The position numbers and the translations under genes are program-made. From assembly GCA_965199495.1 (NCBI GenBank), contig CBDASK010000003.1, forward strand, positions 3,264,001-3,328,000: a stretch of DNA of 64,000 bases. Direction: 5' to 3'. Shown piece by piece: positions 1-9,515 of the stretch (positions are counted from its first letter, which is position 1; each line of letters begins with the position of its first letter). The DNA is from Abditibacterium sp. GTDB taxonomy: Bacteria > Armatimonadota > Abditibacteriia > Abditibacteriales > Abditibacteriaceae. The notes beneath the pieces are model-generated. The model was not told the DNA's origin, ran no database searches, and worked only from the letters and a program-made list of their open reading frames with translations.

Positions 1-355
1 GCACGGCGCGTTCGTAACTGCGCACCGCCGCCGCACTGCGCGCAAAGGTGATGCACAAATCGCCCAATCCGACATAAGCATCGGTCAATTCTTCCTCGTC
101 GGCTTCGGTGTTTTCGCGGGCTTCGAGCGCGCGCTGGTAAAGCTGAAAGGCCTTGTGATGCAGATCGTTGGCGGCGTAACCTTCGGCTAAACGCGTTAAT
201 CTTTCGGGCGATTCAGGGTTGAGACGGGCGGCTTTTTTATAGTTTTCGAGGGCGCCCGCGAAGTCGCCATCGTCGCCGCGCAGGTCTCCGGCGACGGAGT
301 GCAAGCGGGCTTTTTCGTCAAGGGTTAATGGTTTTTCTTCGGAAGTGTTCGACAT
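1..355 (-). CDS. TPR-repeat protein (runs off window start)
   Basis: Manual translation from ATG at 355: MSNTSEEKPLTLDEKARLHSVAGDLRGDDGDFAGALENYKKAARLNPESPERLTRLAEGYAANDLHHKAFQLYQRALE, a TPR-like helical pattern. Confidence 0.75.
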   Translation of the reverse strand, partial: MSNTSEEKPLTLDEKARLHSVAGDLRGDDGDFAGALENYKKAARLNPESPERLTRLAEGYAANDLHHKAFQLYQRALEARENTEADEEELTDAYVGLGDLCITFARSAAAVRSYERAV

Positions 356-444
356 AACGGCAGCTTCATTCATGGCGCGAAAAGACGCACCAACACGCGT
401 TTCGTGCCGCAGCGATTCCAGTCGAGCGCACCAAAACAGCGTTA

Positions 445-882
445 CTAAAATTCCAATGTGAGCGTAAATGGCCCATCGTTTTCGACTTGGACGCGCATCT
501 CGGCGCCAAAGCGTCCGGTCTGCACGGGCACATTTTGCTCGCGTAAAAGTGTAGCAAGCAACTCAAACAGCCGGTTCGCTTCGTCGGGCCGCGCCGCACT
601 GGTAAACGCCGGGCGCGCGCCCTTTTTCAATTCGCCGCACAACGTGAAATTCGAGACCAGTAATACTGAGCCGCCGACCTGTTCCAGATTCCAGTTGAAT
701 TTGCCATCTTCATCGTCGAACACGCGCAGCGCCGCGATTTTGCTGGCGCATTTGCGGGCATTGTCGTCGGTATCGGTTTGGGTAACGCCGACGAAAACAA
801 CCAAACCGCGCTCGATGTGCGCGATGGTTTGGTTTTCGACGACGACAGACGCGGCGTGGCTGCGTTGGATGACGAGTTTCAT
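445..882 (-). CDS. dtd: D-aminoacyl-tRNA deacylase
   Basis: MKLVIQR start, VSNFTL (SQFTL-like), GRFGAEMRV, NDGPFT motifs. Confidence 0.95.
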   Translation of the reverse strand: MKLVIQRSHAASVVVENQTIAHIERGLVVFVGVTQTDTDDNARKCASKIAALRVFDDEDGKFNWNLEQVGGSVLLVSNFTLCGELKKGARPAFTSAARPDEANRLFELLATLLREQNVPVQTGRFGAEMRVQVENDGPFTLTLEF

Positions 883-890
883 ATTTCTTT

Positions 891-1057
891 AAATTCAGTT
901 GACCACAAAAACACAGAACTCACAAAAGGCACAAAAAAATTCAAAAAAATTCAAGAGGTTTTGAAGAGAAATTATTCAGTAAAGAAAGCTCGAACAGGTA
1001 TTTTTGAATTTTTTTGTGCCTTTTGTGAGTTCTGTGTTTTTGTGGTCAATTGAATTT
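891..1057. repeat. Long palindromic element, family A (TTGACCACAAAAAC...GTTTTTGTGGTCAA)
   Basis: About 55-bp inverted arms; related copy in opposite orientation at 41354-41502. Confidence 0.85.
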
Positions 1058-3437
1058 AATCGGTATCAATCGCTTTCTCTTTCGCCATCGCCAGCACACC
1101 AGCCACGGCGAGATAAATCACCGCGCCGATGCTCAAAACCGCGCCGAATCCGATGACTTTGGCCGCGACCGCCGCCACAATCGAGCCGACGACCGAAGCC
1201 GTGCCGTTGAGCGCCCACACGAGCGGCACGAAACCTTCGCCCTTGTGCGCGCTCCACAAACGCAGCCCCGATGGAAATGGCGTCCCCAGCAAAAATCCCA
1301 GTGGCAACAGCACAATCGCCACCAAAACGCAGCGCGCCACCAGTGGCAAAGGCAACAGCAAACTGGAAAATGGGCCGGACAGAATCCCGAAAATCGCCGC
1401 AAAAATCGCCACGCCCAGCGTACACGCTTGCGCGTGGCTGCGCAAAGCGTCGCCCGCGAACTTCTGCGAAAACGCCGCGCCCGCGCCGCCGCCCAATAAT
1501 ATCGAACCTAAAATTATCGTCAGCGATAATGTCGGATAGCCCAATGGTAATATCAATTTTTCAATGAGCGGAATTTCGATGAGCATGAATCCTACGCCCA
1601 GCGCCAGAAAATAGCCGACCTGCGCGGCGGCATTTCCAAGCGCGCGCTTTTCGCGCCGCGCGCCGAGGCCGACGAGCGTCGCGGCGAATAACAATGTCGC
1701 GCCGACGCTGAGACCCAATAAAATCGTCAGGCTGGGCGACGATTGGAAAATTGCCCACGGCGACATGGATAAATCTAAGACGAACGGGCGATTATCGGGC
1801 GCGGGCGATAAATCGAGCGGCGGCGCGCCCGGCACGTTCAGGCCCGAATTGATGAAACCGTCCATCGTCAGCGCGCCGCCGCCCAGCGCGCCAAAGGGGA
1901 ATATTTCGTTGCTCGCCGCCTGACCGGGAATCCATAACGGGAAAATGCCGCGCTTTTGGGCGCTGCTTTTCATGCGCGCGGCTTCATCGGCGGGAATCGG
2001 GTTGGGGCGCACCAACAGCGCCCATTGATATGGCCCCGGCTGATTGTAATAAACCACCGCGATGTGCGCGCCCGCCTGCGCCGTCGTCTGGCCTTGGTCA
2101 ATGAAATGTTGATAAGCCGTCGCGTAAAGTCGCGCCAACAAGGGCGCCGCGTCGCCGACAATGGCGAGTTGCCCTTTAGGTTGCAGCGTCGCCAGATAAT
2201 CGTCGAACGCGTCGGTTGTATAGATAAACGATTCGAGCAAAGCGCCGCCTTGACCCGCCGTGGCTGTCTTGGTCAGAGCCGAAAAAATCAGTTGATATTT
2301 CACGCCCTTTTGCCGCGCCTCGCGCACGAACGCGCGGCCTTCGGCGACCTGAACGTGAACGCGGGGATTGGAATAAATGCCGCCGTTGTATTGTTTATAT
2401 TTCGGCTCGTTCATCAACTCGACAATCGAAGGATTAATCTCGGCGCCATCAAATCTCTCGGCGCCATAACGCAACGCTAACAACGCGTCCAAACCGCCGC
2501 CCGGCCCAATGGACATCATGCGTTGGCCGTCCAAATTCGAGTTGTCAAACGTCCAATCGGAAATCGGAAACTCGCCGACGATGTTGGGCAACTCATAGAT
2601 TTTGCCGTCCCAATTCATCATGTTGGTCGGCACGTTGCCGTTGGTATAAAGCAAAAACGAATCGGGCGATTCGGGGTCTTTGACCACATCGGTGCGCGCG
2701 AACGCGTTCCAGCGCGTGTCCACAATTTTCGAGCCGTAACTTTTGTTGCCCAACTCGGTATAAAGCGGTTGAGTGATGCCACGGTCAGCCAGCGTTGCGC
2801 CGTCTTTGTCGGGCATCGGCGGAATCGGCTGCACGCTCCATAAATCGAAGTGACGGTTGTAGGGAATCAGCGCCAGCAAAATCAGCGCGATGGCGAGCGA
2901 AAATTTCTTGTCTTTGCCCAGTAAAACCGCGACAAACGCGCCCAGTGCGCCAAAGGCCAGACACGCGTTGGCCGCGCCCAAACCCTGCATAATGACCACG
3001 CTGCCAACAGCAGCCACGGCGGCCCCAGCCAAATCGAAGGCGTATAATCTGCCGCCCCATTGGGAGTAGCGCTCGAACGCCAACGCCAGAAACGCGCCTG
3101 CCGCGATGAACGGCCACAAAACAATCAAAGCCGCGACCCAATAATGTTGCGGGATAAACGCGAACACGCCGCGCAAGATGAGCGCGAGCGAAATCGCGCT
3201 TAAAACGCCCCACCACAACGCCAATTTATCGAGCGATAAATGACGAAATCGGTTGGCCAAAAGCCCGCCCAAACCCAATCCGCACAGCGCGAGCGAAACG
3301 ATGAGGAACGCGAATTGGTAGCGTAGCAAAACCGCGAACACGCGCGAAAGGGCGACTTCGTAGCCCAAAACCGCCGCCGATAACAAGGCGATGGCGAGAA
3401 ATAATGCGGGAGCGGGACGTTCTTCTTGTGGGGACAC
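1056..3437 (-). CDS. Membrane protein with spermidine-synthase-like SAM-binding domain
   Basis: N- and C-terminal TM bundles around IGPGGGLD...GAEINP...EGRAFV; likely GTG start at 3437 (ORF track extends to 3494 into a repeat). Confidence 0.8.
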   Translation of the reverse strand: MSPQEERPAPALFLAIALLSAAVLGYEVALSRVFAVLLRYQFAFLIVSLALCGLGLGGLLANRFRHLSLDKLALWWGVLSAISLALILRGVFAFIPQHYWVAALIVLWPFIAAGAFLALAFERYSQWGGRLYAFDLAGAAVAAVGSVVIMQGLGAANACLAFGALGAFVAVLLGKDKKFSLAIALILLALIPYNRHFDLWSVQPIPPMPDKDGATLADRGITQPLYTELGNKSYGSKIVDTRWNAFARTDVVKDPESPDSFLLYTNGNVPTNMMNWDGKIYELPNIVGEFPISDWTFDNSNLDGQRMMSIGPGGGLDALLALRYGAERFDGAEINPSIVELMNEPKYKQYNGGIYSNPRVHVQVAEGRAFVREARQKGVKYQLIFSALTKTATAGQGGALLESFIYTTDAFDDYLATLQPKGQLAIVGDAAPLLARLYATAYQHFIDQGQTTAQAGAHIAVVYYNQPGPYQWALLVRPNPIPADEAARMKSSAQKRGIFPLWIPGQAASNEIFPFGALGGGALTMDGFINSGLNVPGAPPLDLSPAPDNRPFVLDLSMSPWAIFQSSPSLTILLGLSVGATLLFAATLVGLGARREKRALGNAAAQVGYFLALGVGFMLIEIPLIEKLILPLGYPTLSLTIILGSILLGGGAGAAFSQKFAGDALRSHAQACTLGVAIFAAIFGILSGPFSSLLLPLPLVARCVLVAIVLLPLGFLLGTPFPSGLRLWSAHKGEGFVPLVWALNGTASVVGSIVAAVAAKVIGFGAVLSIGAVIYLAVAGVLAMAKEKAIDTD

Positions 3438-3483
3438 GCAAGCAATTTTAGCGCAACTGCCTTGCTCGAAAACGTCGCGCTTC

Positions 3484-3581
3484 CGTAGAGACACCGATTT
3501 ATCGTGTCTAAAATCGTAAGAGTTGCCCCAATTTCAAAGCAACTCTTACGATTTTAGACACGATAAATCGGTGTCTCTACG
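3484..3581. repeat. GTAG-type REP doublet, family B (GTAGAGACACCGATTTATCGTGTCT)
   Basis: Inverted pair with perfect arms; second copy at 49936-50052. Confidence 0.9.
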
Positions 3582-3616
3582 AAAGCTGTTCGCGCCAATA
3601 CGTTTAACTTTACCGC

Positions 3617-4705
3617 ATGACAATGAATTTGATCGGACAAAATACCGCGCAACTCGAAAACACATTATCTTCCATCGGCGAGAAACCGTTTCGCGGGCGC
3701 CAACTGGCGCAGTGGATTTATGGCAAAGGCGCCGCGACGTTCGGCGAAATGTCGAATTTGGGCGCGCCTTTAAAAGCCAAACTCGAAGCGCAGACCGCGC
3801 TCGAATTTCCCCTCGTCGTGACGCGCTACGAATCGCCCGATGGCACCACCAAACTTCTGCTGCAAATGGACGATGGCGAGCGCGTCGAAACCGTGCGTAT
3901 TCCCTACGCGCAGCGTTTGAGCGCGTGCGTTTCCAGTCAGGCCGGTTGCGCGATGGCGTGCCAGTTTTGCGCGACCGGTTTGGGCGGCTTTCGACGCAAT
4001 TTGACGACGGCGGAAATTATCGGCCAATTGTTGCTCGTTAAACGCGAAGGCGGTTCAATCCGTGAGCCGGGTCAGACACCCAGCCACGTCGTGTTTATGG
4101 GCATGGGCGAGCCGCTTCTCAATACCAAAAACGTGTTCCCGGCGCTTCACTTGATGCACGAAGAAATGGGCATTCCGATGCGGCAAATTACGGTTTCGAC
4201 TGTCGGCATTTTGCCCGGCATCGCGGCTTTGGCCGAGCAACGGTTGCAACTGACGCTGGCGATTTCGCTTCATGCGCCGACCGACGAGTTGCGCCATCGC
4301 CTGATTCCGACTTCGACAAAAACGCACGTCCGCGAAATCATCGCCGCCGCGCGCGATTATGTCGAGCAAACCGGGCGGCGCGTGACGTTTGAATACGTCG
4401 TGTTGGGCGGCGTCAACGACAGCCCGCAGATGGCCAAAGAGCTGGCGAAATTGTGCAAAGGCTGGGCGTGCCACGTCAATTTGATTCCGTGGAACGATGT
4501 GCCCGACGCCAAGCTCGAAGGCGCGGCTTTCGGCGCGCCGCACCCGGCGGATTTGGCGAATTTTCGTGTAACCTTGGAAAGCTCGAACATTTCGGTGACG
4601 CAGCGCGTGCAGCGCGGCGCCGACGTGGCTGCTGCGTGCGGACAACTGCGCGCCTTCGATTCCGATAAACAACGCGAAGGCGTGATTCCGCTCGCGGTTG
4701 TCTGA
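3617..4705 (+). CDS. rlmN: 23S rRNA/tRNA m2A methyltransferase RlmN
   Basis: CVSSQAGCAMACQFC radical SAM motif, FMGMGEP, ISLHA, RGADVAAACGQL. Confidence 0.95.
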   Translation: MTMNLIGQNTAQLENTLSSIGEKPFRGRQLAQWIYGKGAATFGEMSNLGAPLKAKLEAQTALEFPLVVTRYESPDGTTKLLLQMDDGERVETVRIPYAQRLSACVSSQAGCAMACQFCATGLGGFRRNLTTAEIIGQLLLVKREGGSIREPGQTPSHVVFMGMGEPLLNTKNVFPALHLMHEEMGIPMRQITVSTVGILPGIAALAEQRLQLTLAISLHAPTDELRHRLIPTSTKTHVREIIAAARDYVEQTGRRVTFEYVVLGGVNDSPQMAKELAKLCKGWACHVNLIPWNDVPDAKLEGAAFGAPHPADLANFRVTLESSNISVTQRVQRGADVAAACGQLRAFDSDKQREGVIPLAVV

Positions 4706-4708
4706 TTT

Positions 4709-5455
4709 TTAGCGTGGGCGGCGCGCGAAATCTTTTTCGTAGTGCGGCGCCAGCGTGCCGAACAGTCGATCCCAAATCAAGGTGTAAAAGCCGAAATTAT
4801 GGTTTTCGTCCTGATGATGGCCCGCATGAAAACTGCTGGTTGAAATGTATTTGAGAACGCGATGGGTTTTCCAACGATCTGGAAACGGCTCAACTCCAAC
4901 GTGACCGATCAGGCCAAACAGCACGTTGAACATCAGATAAGTCGTCATGCCCAGCCACGTCGCCTGATAAACGCACAAAAGCGCGAGCCACATCACGCCG
5001 AAGCTGAGACATTCCAACGGATTCAGCACAAAAAGCGTCAGAGGGCGCGGGTTTTCGTAGCGGTGATGCGTGCGATGAACGATTTTGAAAATCCACGGAA
5101 TATGGGCGATGCGGTGCGCGACATACATCGCACCGTCCATCGCTAACACCAAAATCAGGAAATCTAATACGGCGGATAAAGAAAATTCGGAGCGCAAGCA
5201 GATAAATCCCCAGCGCCACAAATAAAGTCCGGCCAAAGTGACCAGCGAGTTCAACAAAATTGTGGTCGAAGCCAGCAATATTTCTTCGCCAGAAACTGGA
5301 GCCGCCGCTTCAGCGACTGCGCGATTGGCATAAAGGCGCGCGATCCACGCTCCCACAACTAACGCGCCGCCAAAGATAAATAAATTTTCCAGCAGGAACG
5401 CCAGCGCCATAATCCACACGGGCGTTGTGTGCAAAATGTGAATGAGAGCTTCCAT
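4709..5455 (-). CDS. Sterol desaturase / fatty acid hydroxylase family protein
   Basis: His boxes HRIAH, HRTHH, HAGHH; NFGFYTLIWDRLFGT. Confidence 0.9.
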   Translation of the reverse strand: MEALIHILHTTPVWIMALAFLLENLFIFGGALVVGAWIARLYANRAVAEAAAPVSGEEILLASTTILLNSLVTLAGLYLWRWGFICLRSEFSLSAVLDFLILVLAMDGAMYVAHRIAHIPWIFKIVHRTHHRYENPRPLTLFVLNPLECLSFGVMWLALLCVYQATWLGMTTYLMFNVLFGLIGHVGVEPFPDRWKTHRVLKYISTSSFHAGHHQDENHNFGFYTLIWDRLFGTLAPHYEKDFARRPR

Positions 5456-5470
5456 AAAGAGAGCTTACAA

Positions 5471-6046
5471 CTAACGCAGAAAATTGGTTCGCTCAATGAT
5501 TATAAACGGTCTTTTTATTTTCTGGCCCGAACTTTCTTGAGGAGTTGAACCGCGATTCAACGGCGCGCGGCGTAACAGCGCGAGCAGCACGCAAACCGTA
5601 GCCACGGCGAGTGGGAAGCAGATCGAAGCGTAGGCGGCGGCTTGAATCGTATCGGTGGGCGCGCCGTAATGGTAGAGGCGATTGCCGCTGTTTAAATCGG
5701 TTTGCAAGCTCCAATAGCACCAGAGCAGCAACGAAAATCCCAGACCAACGTAGGCCAGACGCGCGCGCCAGATGAGTTTGCTCAGCCAAAAACCTTCGAT
5801 GGCGCACAACGCGCCCGCGACGAGCGGCCAAACGCAAGTGATGAGCGGCAGCAAATAAACCGTCAAAACGTCTTTCTGGGCGCCGTAATAATCGCCGTCG
5901 GCGGGCAGGGCGAAAGTTTCCCGCAGCAAACGATGGAAAGCGATGGTCGTTATCAGCCACGCTATGCCCAGCGAAATCGCCGCGAGCAAAGCGATTTCGC
6001 CGCGAATCCCGCCTTCGTCCGCCGTGCGCCAGTGAATCACGGACAT
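5471..6046 (-). CDS. Hypothetical membrane protein
   Basis: 191 aa ORF with about 4 hydrophobic segments, co-oriented with the desaturase. Confidence 0.6.
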   Translation of the reverse strand: MSVIHWRTADEGGIRGEIALLAAISLGIAWLITTIAFHRLLRETFALPADGDYYGAQKDVLTVYLLPLITCVWPLVAGALCAIEGFWLSKLIWRARLAYVGLGFSLLLWCYWSLQTDLNSGNRLYHYGAPTDTIQAAAYASICFPLAVATVCVLLALLRRAPLNRGSTPQESSGQKIKRPFIIIERTNFLR

Positions 6047-6146
6047 CTTAACGCCTGACGCTTGCCACGCGCGCCACCGATGAACTTAAAACTCATTTCA
6101 CTTTTGCCCTTTATTCCTTAACCTTCATCCTTTATCCTTTCTCCCG

Positions 6147-7985
6147 ATGGCCGTCGCTTCTTCCCCCGAAAACCCGCTCGCCAATGCGCCCAATCCCAAA
6201 CGTCGCCCCAGTTTTTCGTGGCGTTCGATTTCGACTTCGGTGATTACGTGGGCCATCGCGCTCGCCGTGTTCGGGCCGTTCTTGATTTATCCGGTCACTC
6301 GCGTTTTGCTGGGCGCCATTTCCGAATCCGATTTCGCGGCGGGCACGCGCACGCTGCATTTCAATTATCTGTTGTTGCCCCTACAAAACGAAACGCTCAA
6401 AGTCAGCGTCGTCAATTCGTTTTTGCTGGCGATAGCCTCGACGTTTTTGTCGTCCATTATCGCGGTTCCGCTCGCTTATTCGTCGGCGCGGCTACGGTTC
6501 GCGGGCAAAAGTTTGCTCACGGGATTGTTGCTGGTGCCGCTACTTTTGCCGCCGCTCGTGGGCGCGATTGGATTAAAGCAGATGTTGGCACTCGAAGGCT
6601 TTGTCAACAGCTTACGTTTTGAATTTCAGTTGTGGGAATTTAGTCATGAGGAACAGCTCTCCCGTATCGGAGTTGCGGTCTCCGATCCGAGAATCCAAAG
6701 AAATCCTATCGATTTTCTGGGCAGCACGTTTCTGGGCGGTTGGGGGCCGCTGTTTTTAGTTGTTTTAGTCACGTCGCTGCATCTGTTCCCCCTGATTTAT
6801 CTCAACGTTTCGGCGGCGTGGGCGAACGTGGATTCGAGCTTGGAAGAAGCCGCCGAAAATCAAGGCGCATCAGCGTGGCGCGTGTTTTTTACCGTGACTT
6901 TGCCCTTATTATTTCCGGCGTTTATGTCGGGCGCTTTGATCGTTTTTATCTTCGCGTTCACCGATTTGGGCACGCCTTTAGTTTTCGGGTTTCGCGAAGT
7001 CGCGGCGGTTAAAATTTTCGACGCCAAATCGGGCAACGATCCGGCGGCGTATGTTTTGGCGTTTTATCTGGTGATTATGGCGGGCGCGATTTTCTGGATT
7101 TCGCGGCGCTTTCTCGACGGCGGACGCATCGCGACTTTGGCGCGCGGCACGCGACGCGCGCGCGAAAGTTCGCCGGGCGTGTTGCTAAGTGCGCTCAATT
7201 ACTTCTACTTTTTTCTGGTGATTGGCCTCGCGCTGTTGCCGCACGTTGGCGTGGTTTTGGCGTCGTTCGCCTCGGATTGGACGAGCAGTTTGTTCCCGAC
7301 ATGGACAACCGAAAACTATACGCAATTGTGGACGAACCCGGCGAATGAGGCGGCGGGCGCGATCAAATTATCGCTCTTTTGCGCGGCGCTTTCGATGGGT
7401 TTGGATGTCATCGGCGGCGCGGCGCTGGCTTATGCCCTCGTGCGTGGCCGCGTGTGGGCGCGCGGCTTGTTGGATACGCTCGCGATGCTGCCGCTTGCCC
7501 TCCCCGGTTTAATTTTGGCGTTTGGGCTTTTGATTACTTATCGCAACACGCCGCTCGACCCAATCTTGCGTAGCCCGATTCCTTTATTGGTCGTCTCCTA
7601 CGCGATTCGGCGTTTGCCTTATGCGCTCCGCAGCGTGTCGGCGGGCTTGCAACAGATGAGCGTGACGCTCGAAGAAGCCAGCCTCAATATGGGCGCTTCA
7701 CCACTCCAAACCGTCTGGCAAATCACGCGACCTTTGGTGACGGCGAACTTAATCGCGGCGGGACTTTTGACTTTCGCCTTCGCGGTTCTGGAAGTTTCCG
7801 ATTCGTTGATTTTGGCATCGGGCCAGCAAATTCCCATCGCGCAGGCGATTTATCAACTCAACTTGGCGGGCAAACTCTACGCGGCGTGCGCATTAGGCGT
7901 CGTCGGCATGATTATTTTGACCGCGACATTTTTGTTGGTCAATCGGTTGTTGGGCAAGCAGTTGGGCGCGCTGTTCCGCGCGTAA
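6147..7985 (+). CDS. Fe3+/thiamine-type ABC transporter permease (FbpB-like, two TM domains)
   Basis: Two EAA loops (LEEAAENQGAS, LEEASLNMGAS), FTDLGTP. Confidence 0.88.
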   Translation: MAVASSPENPLANAPNPKRRPSFSWRSISTSVITWAIALAVFGPFLIYPVTRVLLGAISESDFAAGTRTLHFNYLLLPLQNETLKVSVVNSFLLAIASTFLSSIIAVPLAYSSARLRFAGKSLLTGLLLVPLLLPPLVGAIGLKQMLALEGFVNSLRFEFQLWEFSHEEQLSRIGVAVSDPRIQRNPIDFLGSTFLGGWGPLFLVVLVTSLHLFPLIYLNVSAAWANVDSSLEEAAENQGASAWRVFFTVTLPLLFPAFMSGALIVFIFAFTDLGTPLVFGFREVAAVKIFDAKSGNDPAAYVLAFYLVIMAGAIFWISRRFLDGGRIATLARGTRRARESSPGVLLSALNYFYFFLVIGLALLPHVGVVLASFASDWTSSLFPTWTTENYTQLWTNPANEAAGAIKLSLFCAALSMGLDVIGGAALAYALVRGRVWARGLLDTLAMLPLALPGLILAFGLLITYRNTPLDPILRSPIPLLVVSYAIRRLPYALRSVSAGLQQMSVTLEEASLNMGASPLQTVWQITRPLVTANLIAAGLLTFAFAVLEVSDSLILASGQQIPIAQAIYQLNLAGKLYAACALGVVGMIILTATFLLVNRLLGKQLGALFRA

Positions 7986-8135
7986 CTGTTGGAGTTGACA
8001 CTTGGCATTCTTTTCTGTTGTTAAAAATCCGGCAATAAAGGTCAAAATCAAGCATAATTATAGTTAAGGTTGGCAAACGTGAAGGATAAGAATTAAGGTT
8101 AGATTCGCAATTGTGACCGCACAAGGAGATTCCGC

Positions 8136-9224
8136 GTGACCGACGAATTTGTTGATTTTTACGAGATTTTAGAGTTGCCCCTAGAAGCCGAGCGTTCCGA
8201 AGTTCGCAAGCGCATTAGCGAACTTTATGTCGAGGCGCAGAAAAATCTGGATCACCGCAATTTTAATACGCGCGTGCATTATCAGCAGTTATTTGAGATC
8301 ATATTGCCTCAGGCGCGCTATATTCTGTTGGACGAGGGACGGCGCGACGATTATGATCGTTTGGTGCGGGCTTCGCGCGGCCCCGATACGAGCAGTGCAG
8401 CCACGGGGGGCGAGAAGCCTGCGCAATCCACGGAGATGGGGCAGGGCAGTGACCGTTTTAAAACGGCTTCGAGCGGTGTTGCTGGCGCCGCGCCGCGCAT
8501 TGACGCGTTGCCCGACCAAGTTGACCCGCAGCAGTTGGAGCGCGAGCGCGAAGAACTCTGGAACAAATGGAAGGCCGGTTTGCAAGGCACGATGGAGCGC
8601 GAGGCGGCCAGAGAAAAAGGGCGCGAAGAGAAAACTCCTAACGCCGCCACAACGCCGCTCGCCGACCGCATCGAAGCCGCTCAAAGCGGAGCGCCCCAGC
8701 CGCAAGTTGGTCTGGGCGAACCTGCCGCGCCCGGCCCGTCTTCGCGTCCCGCGTCGCGGCCTCAACGGCCTAAAGTGAAATTCGATTTCGGTGGCGAAGA
8801 AAATAACGCCCCGCAAACCCACGAAAACGCGCCCGTCGCTGCCGCGGGAGAGTCCACGACTCCGGTCGCTGATGGCCTCACGGATCAACAAATCGAGGAA
8901 CGTCGTCTGAATCAACAGCGCGAGGTGATTCGCTCCGAATTGGAAAATACCGGCCTCAAAGGTGTGATGATTGGCGCCACCGCCGTTTTGTTGCCGGGCG
9001 TGGTTGCCATGACGATTTTCATGAGCCATTATTATCCGGTCAACAAAGTTCCGACGTTGCCGATCAAAAACGCGGGCGTGGCGTGGCTGCTGTGGTTGCT
9101 GGTTCTGGGCGCCTTGGCGTTTTTGTGCGCTCATCTGCTTTCCAAGTCCATGCGCCGCAAACAGGCCTTGGAACTTCAGCTCATGAGCTACGAAGATTTG
9201 ATGCGCCGCCGCAACAACGCGTAA
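8136..9224 (+). CDS. J-domain-like protein lacking HPD, with C-terminal TM helices
   Basis: DFYEILEL...ARYILLDEGRRDDYD J-like helices; RBS AAGGAG before GTG; two C-terminal hydrophobic segments. Confidence 0.75.
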   Translation: MTDEFVDFYEILELPLEAERSEVRKRISELYVEAQKNLDHRNFNTRVHYQQLFEIILPQARYILLDEGRRDDYDRLVRASRGPDTSSAATGGEKPAQSTEMGQGSDRFKTASSGVAGAAPRIDALPDQVDPQQLEREREELWNKWKAGLQGTMEREAAREKGREEKTPNAATTPLADRIEAAQSGAPQPQVGLGEPAAPGPSSRPASRPQRPKVKFDFGGEENNAPQTHENAPVAAAGESTTPVADGLTDQQIEERRLNQQREVIRSELENTGLKGVMIGATAVLLPGVVAMTIFMSHYYPVNKVPTLPIKNAGVAWLLWLLVLGALAFLCAHLLSKSMRRKQALELQLMSYEDLMRRRNNA

Positions 9225-9245
9225 TTTCGATTGGAAAAATGGCAC

Positions 9246-9274
9246 TTGCCGTGCGCGTTGGATTCGGGTAAAAT
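9246..9274 (+). promoter_or_regulatory. Sigma70-type promoter of tRNA-Gln
   Basis: TTGCCG-17 bp-TAAAAT, 12 bp upstream of the tRNA. Confidence 0.65.
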
Positions 9275-9286
9275 GTTTCCGGTCTT

Positions 9287-9358
9287 TGGGTCGTAGCCAA
9301 GTGGTAAGGCACCGGTCTTTGGATCCGGCATTCGAAGGTTCGATCCCTTCCGACCCAG
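9287..9358 (+). tRNA. tRNA-Gln(TTG)
   Basis: Acceptor stem TGGGTCG/CGACCCA, D-arm AGCCAAGTGGTAAGGC, anticodon loop CTTTGGA, T-loop GGTTCGATCC; CCA not encoded. Confidence 0.95.
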
Positions 9359-9372
9359 CTCAAAGCACAAAT

Positions 9373-9419
9373 AAAAAGCGCGCGTTGCCCTTACAAAGCA
9401 ACGCGCGCTTTTTTATTTT
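9373..9419 (+). terminator. Intrinsic terminator after tRNA
   Basis: AAAAAGCGCGCGTTGC...GCAACGCGCGCTTTTTT. Confidence 0.8.
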
Positions 9420-9515
9420 ACGGAGATTTTGCTCGTGGCATCCGGGTTGCATCTGCCATCGAAAGGAAAGTCCCCATTTCAGAAACCTTTAAACTCACGG
9501 GACTCAAATATCAAC

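Noticed and set aside
9287..9358. tRNA-Gln as an island integration site
   Set aside because: No integrase nearby and no duplicated tRNA 3' end seen; a normal terminator follows.
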